Assembly (NCBI GenBank): GCA_000165425.1
Contig: CT868518.1
Coordinates: forward strand, 124,001-188,000
DNA: 64,000 nucleotides
DNA from: Paramecium tetraurelia
Taxonomy: Eukaryota
Reading direction: 5' to 3'
The notes below the pieces were generated by a model that was not told where the DNA came from, made no database searches, and saw only the letters and a list, made by a program, of their open reading frames with translations. Shown piece after piece: positions 38,666 through 50,170 of the stretch (its first letter is position 1; each line of letters opens with the position of its first letter). The position numbers and the translations under genes were made by a program.

Positions 38666-40308
38666 TCATTATTGCAAAATGGCCCAAACTTCAAGATGCA
38701 TGATTTTAAACTTTTCTGATTTAGTAAACCTTATGTTTTCAAAAGTCTCACATGGATTTGAATATCCAAATGTTAAGCTTTAATCAATGAATAAGCCAAA
38801 TTTATCCCCACAACCAATTCCTAATCCTGTTTCATCACAATAAATGAAGTCTCTGTTTTTTTCTGTCCAAAAATATGGTTTGATTTCATTTTTCTAATAT
38901 AAATTATCAATATCTTATACCTCCTAATCATAATTAAATAAAAAGGTTTCTCCATTGCCTTTGAATCCACAACTATATTATTGCACTTCTGTTGAAACAT
39001 AGGCTCCAAATATCAAGCTATCGAAATCCTTAATAATAATTATTATTGGAGATTTATTCTTGATTTCATAGAGCATATTTAAATAACTGGATCCATCGTA
39101 ATCGATGTTATACAATTTAACCCATTCAGCTAAACGATAGACTGCTGGGATTTATTCAATTATTTGCTTGTAGGTAGTGTTGGTGAAACAATTAGAGGCT
39201 TCTTTTAGAACAGGAACATACTCTAAACAAGCCCATAGTTCTAAGATGATTTATATATTGCATACTTCCCATTCTTTCTCCAATGACATCCTAAATTTCA
39301 TCTGTCTATAGCTGTTTTTTCTGTTAAGAATCCTCAATCAAATCAATGTATGGTAATTTTGTTAATTTCGATTGCTCAGTGTATCCTGTACAAGATTCAT
39401 TTATGAATTTTGCAATAAATGCGCAATTGGCCTTTTTGATTTCTTCTGAGTACAGTTTGCCATCTCTGTCTCTTTCTGCATGCTTTACATATATAATAAA
39501 ATATTATACTCTGAAGAATACTGTGGCAATGCTCTTTTTTTATTTCTTATATTTCTTTAATTATTTCGAATACATTTTTTCAAATTGGGGTTTGCCTATT
39601 CCTGACAATAGGATTTGTACAATATAATCTAAGCATCCATTTTAATTTTATAGAACATAAGTAACAGCTTCATTGATATCAATCATTGAAATGCAAGCAT
39701 TCATTCGAACTTTGTTTTATTTATCTTAAATCTACTCTTATTAGCATGGATCAAACAGTACTATGTCACTTGTTAAGGTTAAAGTTCCATTAGAATTTTA
39801 TTTGTTATTGCAATAAATAACTTCAACTAGATAATAGATATTAAACATAATTACATTTCTAACTAAACTTTTCTTGTTCCCAGATATTTTCTTGTTGTTT
39901 ATTCTAATCAGGAAGCTTTACTATGGAGAAACGAGGTTGATTTGTTATTGGCACTTTTAAAATCTAATTTTTAAAAATCATATCACTAGATAGATTATTG
40001 ATCCACATCAAGTATCCTTCATTGACACTAAACTTAAGTGCAATTCCAAAAAATGAATCATCTTCTTGGACTACATAATCCATAAATTCCTCCTATTATT
40101 TGATTGGTTCTTCTTTAGCCTCAAAAGATTGGCTTCTTTATTTTTATTTTTATGTTTCTTCAATTGTTTCCATACATTTTTCATCTATTAATTAAAAGTC
40201 TTAGGTTTAAGCTTTGTGAATAGGAGGAAGTTCTGGTTGTTCTGACTAAAATGATTAAGTAAGAGATTTCTTATTTTTTGAAAATGCGTTCTTAAATATT
40301 TTAAGCAT
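38666..40308 (-). CDS. TLDc-domain protein (OXR1/NCOA7-like C-terminus)
   Basis: WVKLYNIDYDGSSYLNML, GIGCGDKFGLFIDQSLTFGYSNPCETFENIRF and HLEVWAIL TLDc motifs. Confidence 0.8.
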
Positions 40309-40312
40309 ATAA

Positions 40313-41789
40313 ATGTTTTTGTTTTTAATATATGGCATTTTTGGATAAGTAATAGTAGAAATCAACGATAGCAACGCTTATTTTAATGTTCACGAAGGAG
40401 TAAGAAGTACTATATTGCAATTACCACACGCATGGGATGGATAATTGAATGGAACAGGATGTGAATTGAGATAAAAATCAATATAGGAAAGCATTAGTTA
40501 ATATTAAATAATTGATTTCTCAGAAGAGGATATGGAAGAGCTCATCCTAGTGAGTCAAGATGAACATCGCATAGCTATTATGACATCAAATATGAGATTA
40601 ATAATAATCCATAAAAATAACCTTACTCAAAAATCCTAATATGATCTATCCAAGTATGAGATCGATTCTATTCATTAAATCATCCTGAACGAAAACATCG
40701 TATTAGTGATCACAGACACAACAGCTTATGTTGTGTATTTATTGCCAATAAGCATAGTAGAATTCGCAGAATGGATTCCTAGACAAGAACGTTGGCTTAC
40801 TAATATTTATGGTGCTTTTATTTATACAGCAGTAGGTTTAAATGGCATAGATATTTACCATTTATATAATCTCACTTATTTTAGATCTATAAATCATGTA
40901 GATATTGGATAAAATTAATTATGTGTCAAAGATTTTACCATATATAAAACAACATTATACATTCTTGATTGCTATTCTGGTTTGATTATTGCAAAGATGA
41001 ATAGTTATGAGAATGTAATTGATTTTAAAGTCAGAAAAATTGATGTTCAGGAAGGTGGTATTGCAGTTGATACAAAAAATGGAGTTAATATCTTCGTTGG
41101 ATATAAATGGAAACTAAGATATGCTATTGTTGAATATGTTGTAGATGATACAGATTGGAGAATACAAAATTTAATTTACACTAACAAAATAAAAGATGTA
41201 GATGTTAATAATGAATATGCCATTATTTAAGGCAACAGTAGACATATGGTAGCCTTTAATTTTGGAACTACTTTATCGAATAATATCATCAAATATAATT
41301 TAAGAGATTTCGAATTAAGGAATAATGAATTGATAGGTATCACAGTGACTCAACTCTTTCGTAGTCAATTACAATTGATACCATTAAAAATTGATTGCCA
41401 AATTCACCAAGACTATTCCAAACATTATTCTTTAGTCTATAACGTCTCTTATAATGGTACTACCATAGAGAGACATCATCTAAATTTTTAATTGAATTTG
41501 GTTTCAACTTATTTATACCGACATTAATCGTATTTAGTAATTATTTTGATTACATTATTGCTTTGTATTTTTACATTGATAAGTATTGATCTTCATTTCA
41601 ATTTTAGTTATCATGATTTTCAAATGGTATTACAATCTTAGAAAAGAGGAGAGGAAAATTGCAAAGAGCATTAAAGGATATAGCCTGTCGATACCAACTA
41701 GTGGGAGAACCAATACTCAGTAGAGTTCTAGGCCATTTTCACCAAGCAATCAACATTTAATTATCAATAATATCTAATAATAGTCATGA
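40313..41789 (+). CDS. Single-pass surface/secretory protein (beta-rich ectodomain), paralog A
   Basis: MFLFLIYGIFGQ signal-like start; IYTAVGLNGIDIYHL and NKIKDVDVNNEYAIIQG; C-terminal TM YLVIILITLLLCIFTLI. Confidence 0.7.
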
Positions 41790-41877
41790 CTTATAATTAA
41801 TTAAAAACCTGTTTTAATTCAAATATTTCATATCTTAAAAAGTTAGAATGACCTTCAAAGTTTGAAATTAATGATAA

Positions 41878-43527
41878 ATGTTTATTTTTTTTTACTTAAT
41901 CATTAATGTTTAATCTTATAGAATCCGACAAATAATAAATGAATCACTTGAATTTCAGATTCCTACTTAAGAAGAGACACTTTTGCTTTCTCTTTTTTAA
42001 GCAAAAGATTCAAAACTAATTACAAATGAAACATTACCATTTTGTCATTTGAGAGAATTAAATCTAATTTTTGATACGAGAAGATAACATTTTGAGAATA
42101 TTGTAACTATGGTGCATGTTAGAGATGGTGTATTATTCATAACCTCAGATTATTTTTTATATTTGATCAAATTCAATTATTAGAACTTCAGCGGTGAATT
42201 TGCTAAAACTATTTGGAAGGCAGATTTCAAAGAATTAGGATTGGATACTATGGCTGAAATGCCTCAATTACTTTATTGCAGTATGAGTAATTTAGGTATA
42301 CTCTTTCAAACCAGGGGGGCAGTACTGTTTAGTGTTTAATAAATGGAATAGAAGGTAGCCAAACTTTAAATAAAGGATTTGATAGATATAAAATAAAGAA
42401 ATGAAAGAGGAGTCACAAAGGAATACGATAATTATATCTTCTCGTGTGTTGGTGAGAATGGTTTGGATGTTTATAAAATAACTGGTAACGAATTACATTA
42501 TGTTGATTAAATATCAGACACTAGATTCAAAGATTTGGCTATTCTAAAAATTGATCATCTGATCTATCTGATTCTTTTAGATGAAGACCAATCATGCATT
42601 TCTGTCTATTAAATGGATGTGGTCATCATTAAGATCTCCCTCAAATTATAATACAAATTTCCAACAATCTAATAGGAATTTGTTGCAATTGATAATTACA
42701 AAAACAATATATTTGTTGTCTATGAGTACCATCATAAATATATTTGTGTAGAATATTATTTTACTGAAAGAGAATTAGTTGAACTTAATTCATTTGAAAC
42801 ATACAGTAAAATCAAAGATGTCGATGTTTCCGAATAGTTTGCTATACTCTAAGGATAAAATAAACACCATATCATGTTTGTGACTAAATTTGATGGACTC
42901 TAAATATAATATGTTCCTTAATATACTTTATTGGGAGCAATAGACATAGACTTCTTTTATCTGACAAATATAGATCTCACTATGAGTCATTTGACTGATT
43001 CAAATAACTTCTCAATGGAAAACTTCTTTTTTGGGACTTCCAAATCAGGATTATTTTTTACTAAATTTAAATTTCAAGATCCTTATATTATCTGCTATCC
43101 TCCAAAAAATCAAAAAAATACTCAATAATATTATCAAATAATTTAAAATGAAACTTCCAACTTGTTAAACAATATTCAGAATAATTTCATATTTTAGAGA
43201 TACACCAATATTACTATATTGGCTTATGATGATGGTGAACCTTCATATTAAAAATTGATTGTGTATTTAGGAATTCCCATATGTATATCAGTTTTATTAA
43301 TGGGAATATGTGTGTGGTTTATATCTAAGAATAAAGAAATTGAAAGATTAGAAACTGAAATATCTACAATAAAAAGTAAGAAACCCACTAGACTGGCTGA
43401 TGGTCAAGAGTTTAACACACCCTAAATCATATAATTGATAAATTCTCCTATAATACCGAGTCCATTTTCAAATACAGCTAGAGCAATTATCAAAAACACC
43501 TTAGCCCATGTAAATATTGATGGTTGA
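41878..43527 (+). CDS. Single-pass surface/secretory protein, paralog B
   Basis: MFIFFYLIINVQS signal-like start; IFSCVGENGLDVYKI and SKIKDVDVSEQFAILQG shared with paralog A; TM LIVYLGIPICISVLLMGICVWFI. Confidence 0.75.
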
Positions 43528-43544
43528 TTTCATATGAAAATAAT

Positions 43545-44428
43545 ACAAATTTATATATTTTTGAGACACTTTTACAAGTTAATCTCATATACTGTTTGAA
43601 CTTATTACTATGTTGCTGAATGTATTCATCCTATTTTAAAAGCTATCCTTCATCGAATTCCTTCATATTTTCAAGTATCCATAGCTATTGATTTACTAAT
43701 GATTCTTTATCCACAATCTCCTATCTACTCTAACTGATTCCTAATATCAATTGTGTTTTGTATTCCTAATCCTTTTCACTTATTTCCTTTCGACATTTCT
43801 AGTACTTGTAATAATATTTCCATTTAATTGCAAAGTATAATCTATAAAAAATGGAGTAGATAAAATGTAATATGGCTATAATCCAAATTTCTTCAAATGT
43901 AGGATAAGACCATGCTCTTGATATCTTAACTTCTTCCAAGGTCTCTTGGATTACTTATTACTTACTCAAATTAGATTCCTTATATCTTTCCTTTACAACC
44001 TTTTTGAAATGAGTTGATTCCATCACTCTTTTCCAATTGCATTGTTGTACATACAAATTCTAGCCACATATTAAATGATAGATAAGAGCAGGGTTGCTCC
44101 AGAAACAAAAATATGTGGATTTGTTTAAGGATGATATACATGTTGATAATATCGATAGTGATGATAAAATTCACTTCTATTTGAATTTTCAAGATACTTT
44201 TCATAATCAGTCTTTGTTTCTTTACACTATTCACATATTAAGTTTAGTTCCCTTCCTTTTTATCTGGATGAAGTGTCCTTGATAATTCTCTAAATTATTT
44301 CCTGATTTTCATTCTATTAGGCTCCTTTCTTTAATAATAGCAGTTAGTAGTAATTATCATTCCCACAAAATTTATCCTTTATTGAGTATGATATACAAGA
44401 GGAAAAAATGCAAGAAAATATTATGCAT
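43545..44428 (-). pseudogene. DnaJ (DNAJC25-like) pseudogene
   Basis: FCGNDNYYQLL, IRKQFRELSRTLHPDK and DYEKYLE...FYHHYRYYQHVYHPQ lie in different frames; an extra A before IRKQF; J-domain helix III segment missing; boundaries approximate. Confidence 0.7.
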
Positions 44429-44790
44429 GAGTAATTTGATAAAATAAATTTATTAAATTGAATATATCACTATTCGTGTTAGGTAAGTTTATTAAATAAA
44501 TTACCAAACACCTTCCAGTAATAAGGTAGTCTCAGAAGGGTTTGGAGTGAGAGGTCTTCATTCGGTTCTTTAAATTTCACTATATTATCTAAGTCAATTC
44601 ATTTTCAATCCATTATTTTAAGATACAAATTTTATCCTATTAAAAAATTACTTTTATTCCTTATTATCAAAAATCGAAGATGATTTACTAAAATCTTTAC
44701 CCTTAATATATAATGACATGTTTAAGTCTTCCTTCATTAATATTTATTTCTTATTTGTTTAATTTATAAAATAATTATATTTTAAATTAT

Positions 44791-44973
44791 ATGTAAAATA
44801 AATAAGAGTAAGATGTAATAGAGAGAATATCAAAATTCAAATAAGCTGTTAGAATAACAAAGTATTGCGGAATCAGATGTAATGTGATCAAGGCAAATAA
44901 TGTGAATGTGGAATGCATTTAGAGTTGTGTTAATAATTATAAGAAGAATTTTGAGATTTATTTTAATTCATGA
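44791..44973 (+). CDS. Tiny twin-CX3C protein (small Tim / Tim8-9-10-13-like), 60 aa
   Basis: MQNKQEQDVIERISKFKQAVRITKYCGIRCNVIKANNVNVECIQSCVNNYKKNFEIYFNS*. Confidence 0.6.
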
Positions 44974-45138
44974 TAATCCTCACAACAAAGTATAAATTAT
45001 ATTTTAAAACATTTAATATTGTAAGCTTTACTTATATTGAGAAAATTAAGTGGTTTTGGTTAAAAACGTAATTATGTTTTATCAAATGATAACATCTGAT
45101 AATGTCTAATTTAAATTTGTTTGTAATAAATAACTTTT

Positions 45139-46029
45139 TCAAATCAACTTAACACAAACTACAATAACAGCCACAACGATAAGAATAATGCATACTGCAC
45201 CAGCTAGCTTTTTCATGTATTACTTATGCTCTACTTTTGCCTAAATTAAATAAACCAATGATGTTTACTCCTTCTAATTCAACAACTGCCTCCTTAACAT
45301 TTGTATTTGATTTATTGATATTGTTTTCAGCCACATCTAACATCTTACCTTGATCAACTACTACTTTTGCTACTTCAGTTTGAATTTTGAGTACTTCCAA
45401 GGCATCCTTTTGAATTTCTCATTTAGACAATAAACAGTACAATCTATTTCTTCTTGTTGTTCTTATATTAACATAGCCTTATGTTATATATCCGGATGAA
45501 CTTCCATTTCTGACAATTGATCCAAATGGGGTCCTTTCTCTCCTGAATCCTCCTCATCATAGTTTGTATCTTCATCATGGACATATGTGGATTTTCCATT
45601 CATTTTCTCTTTATTAAGGAATTTATTTTACTTGCATTCTACATTTCCACTTCTCTTGGATCGTTATAATTGACCTATTTGGGATTTCTGATAGACTTTG
45701 TGATATCAATAAAAATATTTTATTGCTGATTTAAGTTATTTAATGTACCTTGGTAAATTCTTTTTTAAGCATTTAAACAGTCATGTTTTCAGATTTGTTG
45801 AATTTGCCTTATTTAAATTTGATTGTTAAGGCATCGATTTACTTTTGGCATTTTTATTTATTCTATATTTTGTATATTCATCAATATTTACTAGTTGAAT
45901 TTGTTCTTGGTTTTCTAAATATGAATATCATTCAATACCCTTCCCCTAAAACTAACTTTAAAGCTCTTACACAGTCTTGATAAGAATTTACAAATTCTCC
46001 TACACGAATTCAAGATCTTAACTACTCAT
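45139..46029 (-). CDS. Syntaxin (Qa-SNARE)
   Basis: SNARE motif EIQKDALEVLKIQTEVAKVVVDQGKMLDVAENNINKSNTNVKEAVVELE and C-terminal anchor LAGAVCIILIVVAVIVVCVKLI*; several short introns. Confidence 0.85.
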
Positions 46030-46050
46030 AAAAATATAATTAATTTATTT

Positions 46051-49023
46051 ATGAAAATATACATATAGTCCCCTGTGTTTCAGAAATTCATATTCAATAA
46101 CTAGCAACAGCGAAACAAATTGTAAATGCCACTCTCTTCAGATAAAATAGAGAAACCCTCCCCCATGTCCAGGTCCCTCACTATTAAGTAGTACTTATTT
46201 AAAGCAAATTTAGCAGAAGAAGACAAACTTAAAATACAGTTGAACCAAGAGGATTATCTTTGTCAATTTCGAGAGAAACTCAAAGGAGCTTTTTCAAAGA
46301 TACAATTCAAAATAAAGTCATCCCTACAGATTAATTTCAAACCATGATTAAGGAGATCCAAGTCGGAAACTCAATGCAAGTCATAACGAAGTTGGAATAG
46401 GGCCCGTTTAACAAAAAATCCTATTTGATTTTAGGCATAGCATACAAACAACTGAATCAATTCGATAAAGCAAGAAGTTGGGTATTTGACAATCTTATCA
46501 AAAGTTCAATAAATGCCTGTCTGAGTACCCCAACTATTTGGATGGCTACATTCAATCAGCAGTTTTGGAATTTAAAGCCTAAAAATACTATGAGTCTCTC
46601 AAATTCATTGAACAAGCCTTGCTTCATAGTCCAAATGATAAACAAGCTCTCCAATATAAGGCAAGATGCCACTCAGCCTTAAAGTAACATTAGAAAGCCT
46701 TAGAAATTTACGAGAAAATTAACAATCTCGACTTTATAGGTAGATCACGTCATTGTCTATCGTTAATTAAATGTAATTACGTTGACCAAGCACTTATCAA
46801 GATCGATACAATCTTATAGCAAGACAGCGAAAACGCCGAAGCCTTGTTACTCAAAGGAATAATTTACTTTAAGAAAAGTAAATAATATTAAAATACCATA
46901 GAAAATTTCATGGAGTCTTAGATATATATTGAATAGGCCATTCAGATGTCAACATCGCATTAATTAAGTGCCAAAGCCATTTCCTACATTATTAAGGCCA
47001 AAATTTGTCTAATGGACTTTTACGAGGCGTAGCTCCATCTATCGAGAGCAGATCAATTGAAAAAGAGTTTTAAATGTATATCTAAGTTAAAACCTTTTGT
47101 AAATGGAACTGTCAAACTAATGAAAAGACAATTTGCACAAGGACTTCAATTAATTAGAGATTTAAAACCAATTAGCAAATTCCTATAGCCCATTTACTAT
47201 AAATTTTTAGCTTATGCCTAGTTTTGTACATCTGATTATGTATCAGCACTGAAATCATATGAAATGATCAATCAAATTGAAAAAGGATAACTCTATAATA
47301 AATACGTGTCTGAAGCTCTTATTCTAATATCAAAATGTAAATTATATGAAAATAGTCAGGTTAGTATGAGCCATCTAACAAATTGCTCGACAAAGCAATT
47401 GAAATATTTCCTAATAAATTAGAGCCCTTTTATTATAAGAGTTCAATTTGTTTGCTTGATAAATTATATGATGGAGCATAAGAGTGTGAATAGTTGTTAG
47501 AATTTGCATTCAACAAATAAGGGAAACAGCCTAATCTATTTTTTGCTAGGGCTTTAATGAAGTCGTATAAAAGAAGATACACATCAGCTATGAAAGATTT
47601 AGAAAAGGCAATTGATAAAAGTGAGGACAGCATTAGTGATCACTTTTACATCAGAGGTATCTTACATGCTTAAAGTATGAGATTGAAGGAAGCTATAAAG
47701 GATTTTACAACAGCAATTCATTTTAATAAGGAGCATTCAGAATCTTATTTAGAAAGAGCAAAGTGCTATCAGATAAAGGGAGAGTAATTATAAATATAAT
47801 TATTAGTACAGCCTAGAGTTTTAGTGATATGAATAAATATGTTAAGTACAATAATTCAGATGAGATTAATTATTGGAGTGGAAGTTTGTTATTTCATAAT
47901 AATGCTTATGAAGAAGCACTAAAAGCATTTAATGATGCAAAATAAACTAATTAAATTCTAATTTTGAAATTGAAGTGTGAAATTAAATTGCAACAAATAG
48001 ACAAGGCGTGTATAATTTCGAATTAATTAACACAATAAAATGTTAGGGAATCTAAATTTAAAATAGATACTTAAATGTTAATATTCATTAAATAAATTTT
48101 GGATGCTTAATTAAATAAAAAGCATGGTGATTCTGTACAGTTTCCTAATATTGATTAATAGGAAATAGGTTTAATATTTTAGGTTTAAGATATTCTGTTA
48201 TTCAAATCGTCAAGTATGATTTTTTAGCACAAATACTAAGAAGCCTTATTGATTCTTCAGCAACTGGAAACTTATTGGATGAAATTGCAAAAAGAAAGAT
48301 TGAACAGTATTTCAAGTCATCAAGATGCTGATTCAGAGAAGAGTGAAGATTTATCGAATGAGATGGTGTTGAAATCTGAGAGAATAGTGCAGCATATCAT
48401 AGGTATAAAATACAATATGACAATCATCTATTTATTGGTAATATGTTATAATAATGTGGAATAGTTGTCTCAATACCCTAATGCTAAGATGAAGGTAGAG
48501 GATATAAGAGAATAAGTTGGGAATGTAGTATCAGATGAATTGGATTATTTAAAATTGATGATCCAAAATTAAATAGATAAGAAATCGACTCCTGCTTTTG
48601 GGAAGGCTATCTTAACTTTTTTGATGAACGAGAAAAGTCTCTTTAATGGATTTCCGACAATAAAGATACATATGCATGGTTAAGGGATTTTTGAATGCAA
48701 ACTTTCTCTTAATTTCCCAGATATCCAACCACCAAATATCTGTCCAGAATTCAAGAAGGAGTTTCTGTTCATGATTAAGGTAATTGCATCTCATTCAAAC
48801 TTAGCCTAACCTTATAGAAAACAAGCCTGAGGCACCTTGGTTACAGAGGACATAATAGTAAATACTTGTTTTTACTTAAAATTAATTGAATGATGAGTTG
48901 GATCTGACGACTGATGATGAGGAGGAAACGAACGAAAAAAGAAAAAAGAAGAGGCAGGTTTAAAATTTGGAAATCGATGAAAAAGTACAAAAGCGTTTGG
49001 ATTAGTTGATGAAGAAATTATGA
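46051..49023 (+). CDS. Tetratricopeptide-repeat protein
   Basis: Repeated TPR motifs (HFYIRGILHAQSMRLKEAIKDFTTAIHFNKEHSESYLERAKCY); C-terminal IENKPEAPWLQR; TGA at 49021-49023. Confidence 0.8.
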
Positions 49024-49065
49024 CTATTGTATAATTTATATTACTATTTATTACAAATTTCAAAA

Positions 49066-49752
49066 ATGGAAGACATTAATTATAAAAGTAATAGCTATAT
49101 CTAACTTTAAGTTGTATTATTGGGGGATGCAGGAGTTGGAAAAACCTATATATTGAATCAGTATGTGAGAGGTCAGCAACCAAGGAACAATTTGCCCACA
49201 ATTGGTAACAAATTATATTAAAATAAGGTAGGTATCGAATTCGCAACGAAAACTGTGACATTGCAGGATGGAGGAAAGATTTAGGTTTAAATTTGGGATA
49301 CAGCTGGATAAGAGAGATACAGAGCTATTACAACCAATCATTTTCGAGGGGCAGGAGGTGCTTTGTTGGTTTATGATATAACTAAAGAAAAAACATTTGA
49401 AAATTTAACAAGATGGATGGAAGAACTTAAAACAGCAGCCAACAAAGATGTCGTCATGTATCTGGTTGGTAATAAAACTGATTTGGTTGAGAGATAAAAC
49501 AATTCAAGGAAAGTCACAAGGGAAGAAGGGTAATAATTCGCAGGCGAAAATGGATTATTCTTTGAAGAGACTTCTGCTTACAGAGGAACCAATATTGCAC
49601 AATGCTTTGAAAAACTAATTGAAGGTATTTCATCAATTAATATTTCATTAGAGATGTATAAAAAGAAAAATTTATTAGTAACTCAATAATAATAATAAGA
49701 ATGGAATGCATAATTGAAAGTAATCGAAGCTCCTATGTGCAGTAAATGCTGA
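49066..49752 (+). CDS. Rab GTPase (Rab11-like, divergent)
   Basis: [40 protein letters not shown]-terminal CSKC*; introns 49088-49111, 49205-49231 and 49625-49651. Confidence 0.93.
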
Positions 49753-50170
49753 ATTATTGTATCATTATTTACCAAATTTTAGTCATATATAAGTATTATA
49801 CTATATTATCTTGTATTTCCTGACATAAATTCAAACAAAAATGATTCAAATCTATTTTATTACTCTCATATTTCTCTCTTAAAACTTAAGAAGTCTGAGA
49901 AAATACAAAACAGAGTTATTTACAAAAAATGTAAATTTAAATTATTTGTTCTCAAATGTTTCATTTTTATATTTTAAGAAACAGAAATATTTTTTATTGA
50001 TAAATAAATAATGCACTGTTTATATAAATATTTATTCTTTGTTTGAAATTCAAATTTAAATCCAGAGTAATTCCCAGTATTTTTTAATTGAAGGATCCAA
50101 AAGTTTAAATAAATAAAAATAAGGCATAATAAATGGCTTTTTAAATTATAAAATTTTTCGTAATTTATTT

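Noticed and set aside
44470..44740. Possible small minus-strand gene (...LSLQTLLRLPYYWKVFG...)
   Set aside because: Could not be joined to a start codon with a plausible intron; no recognisable motif
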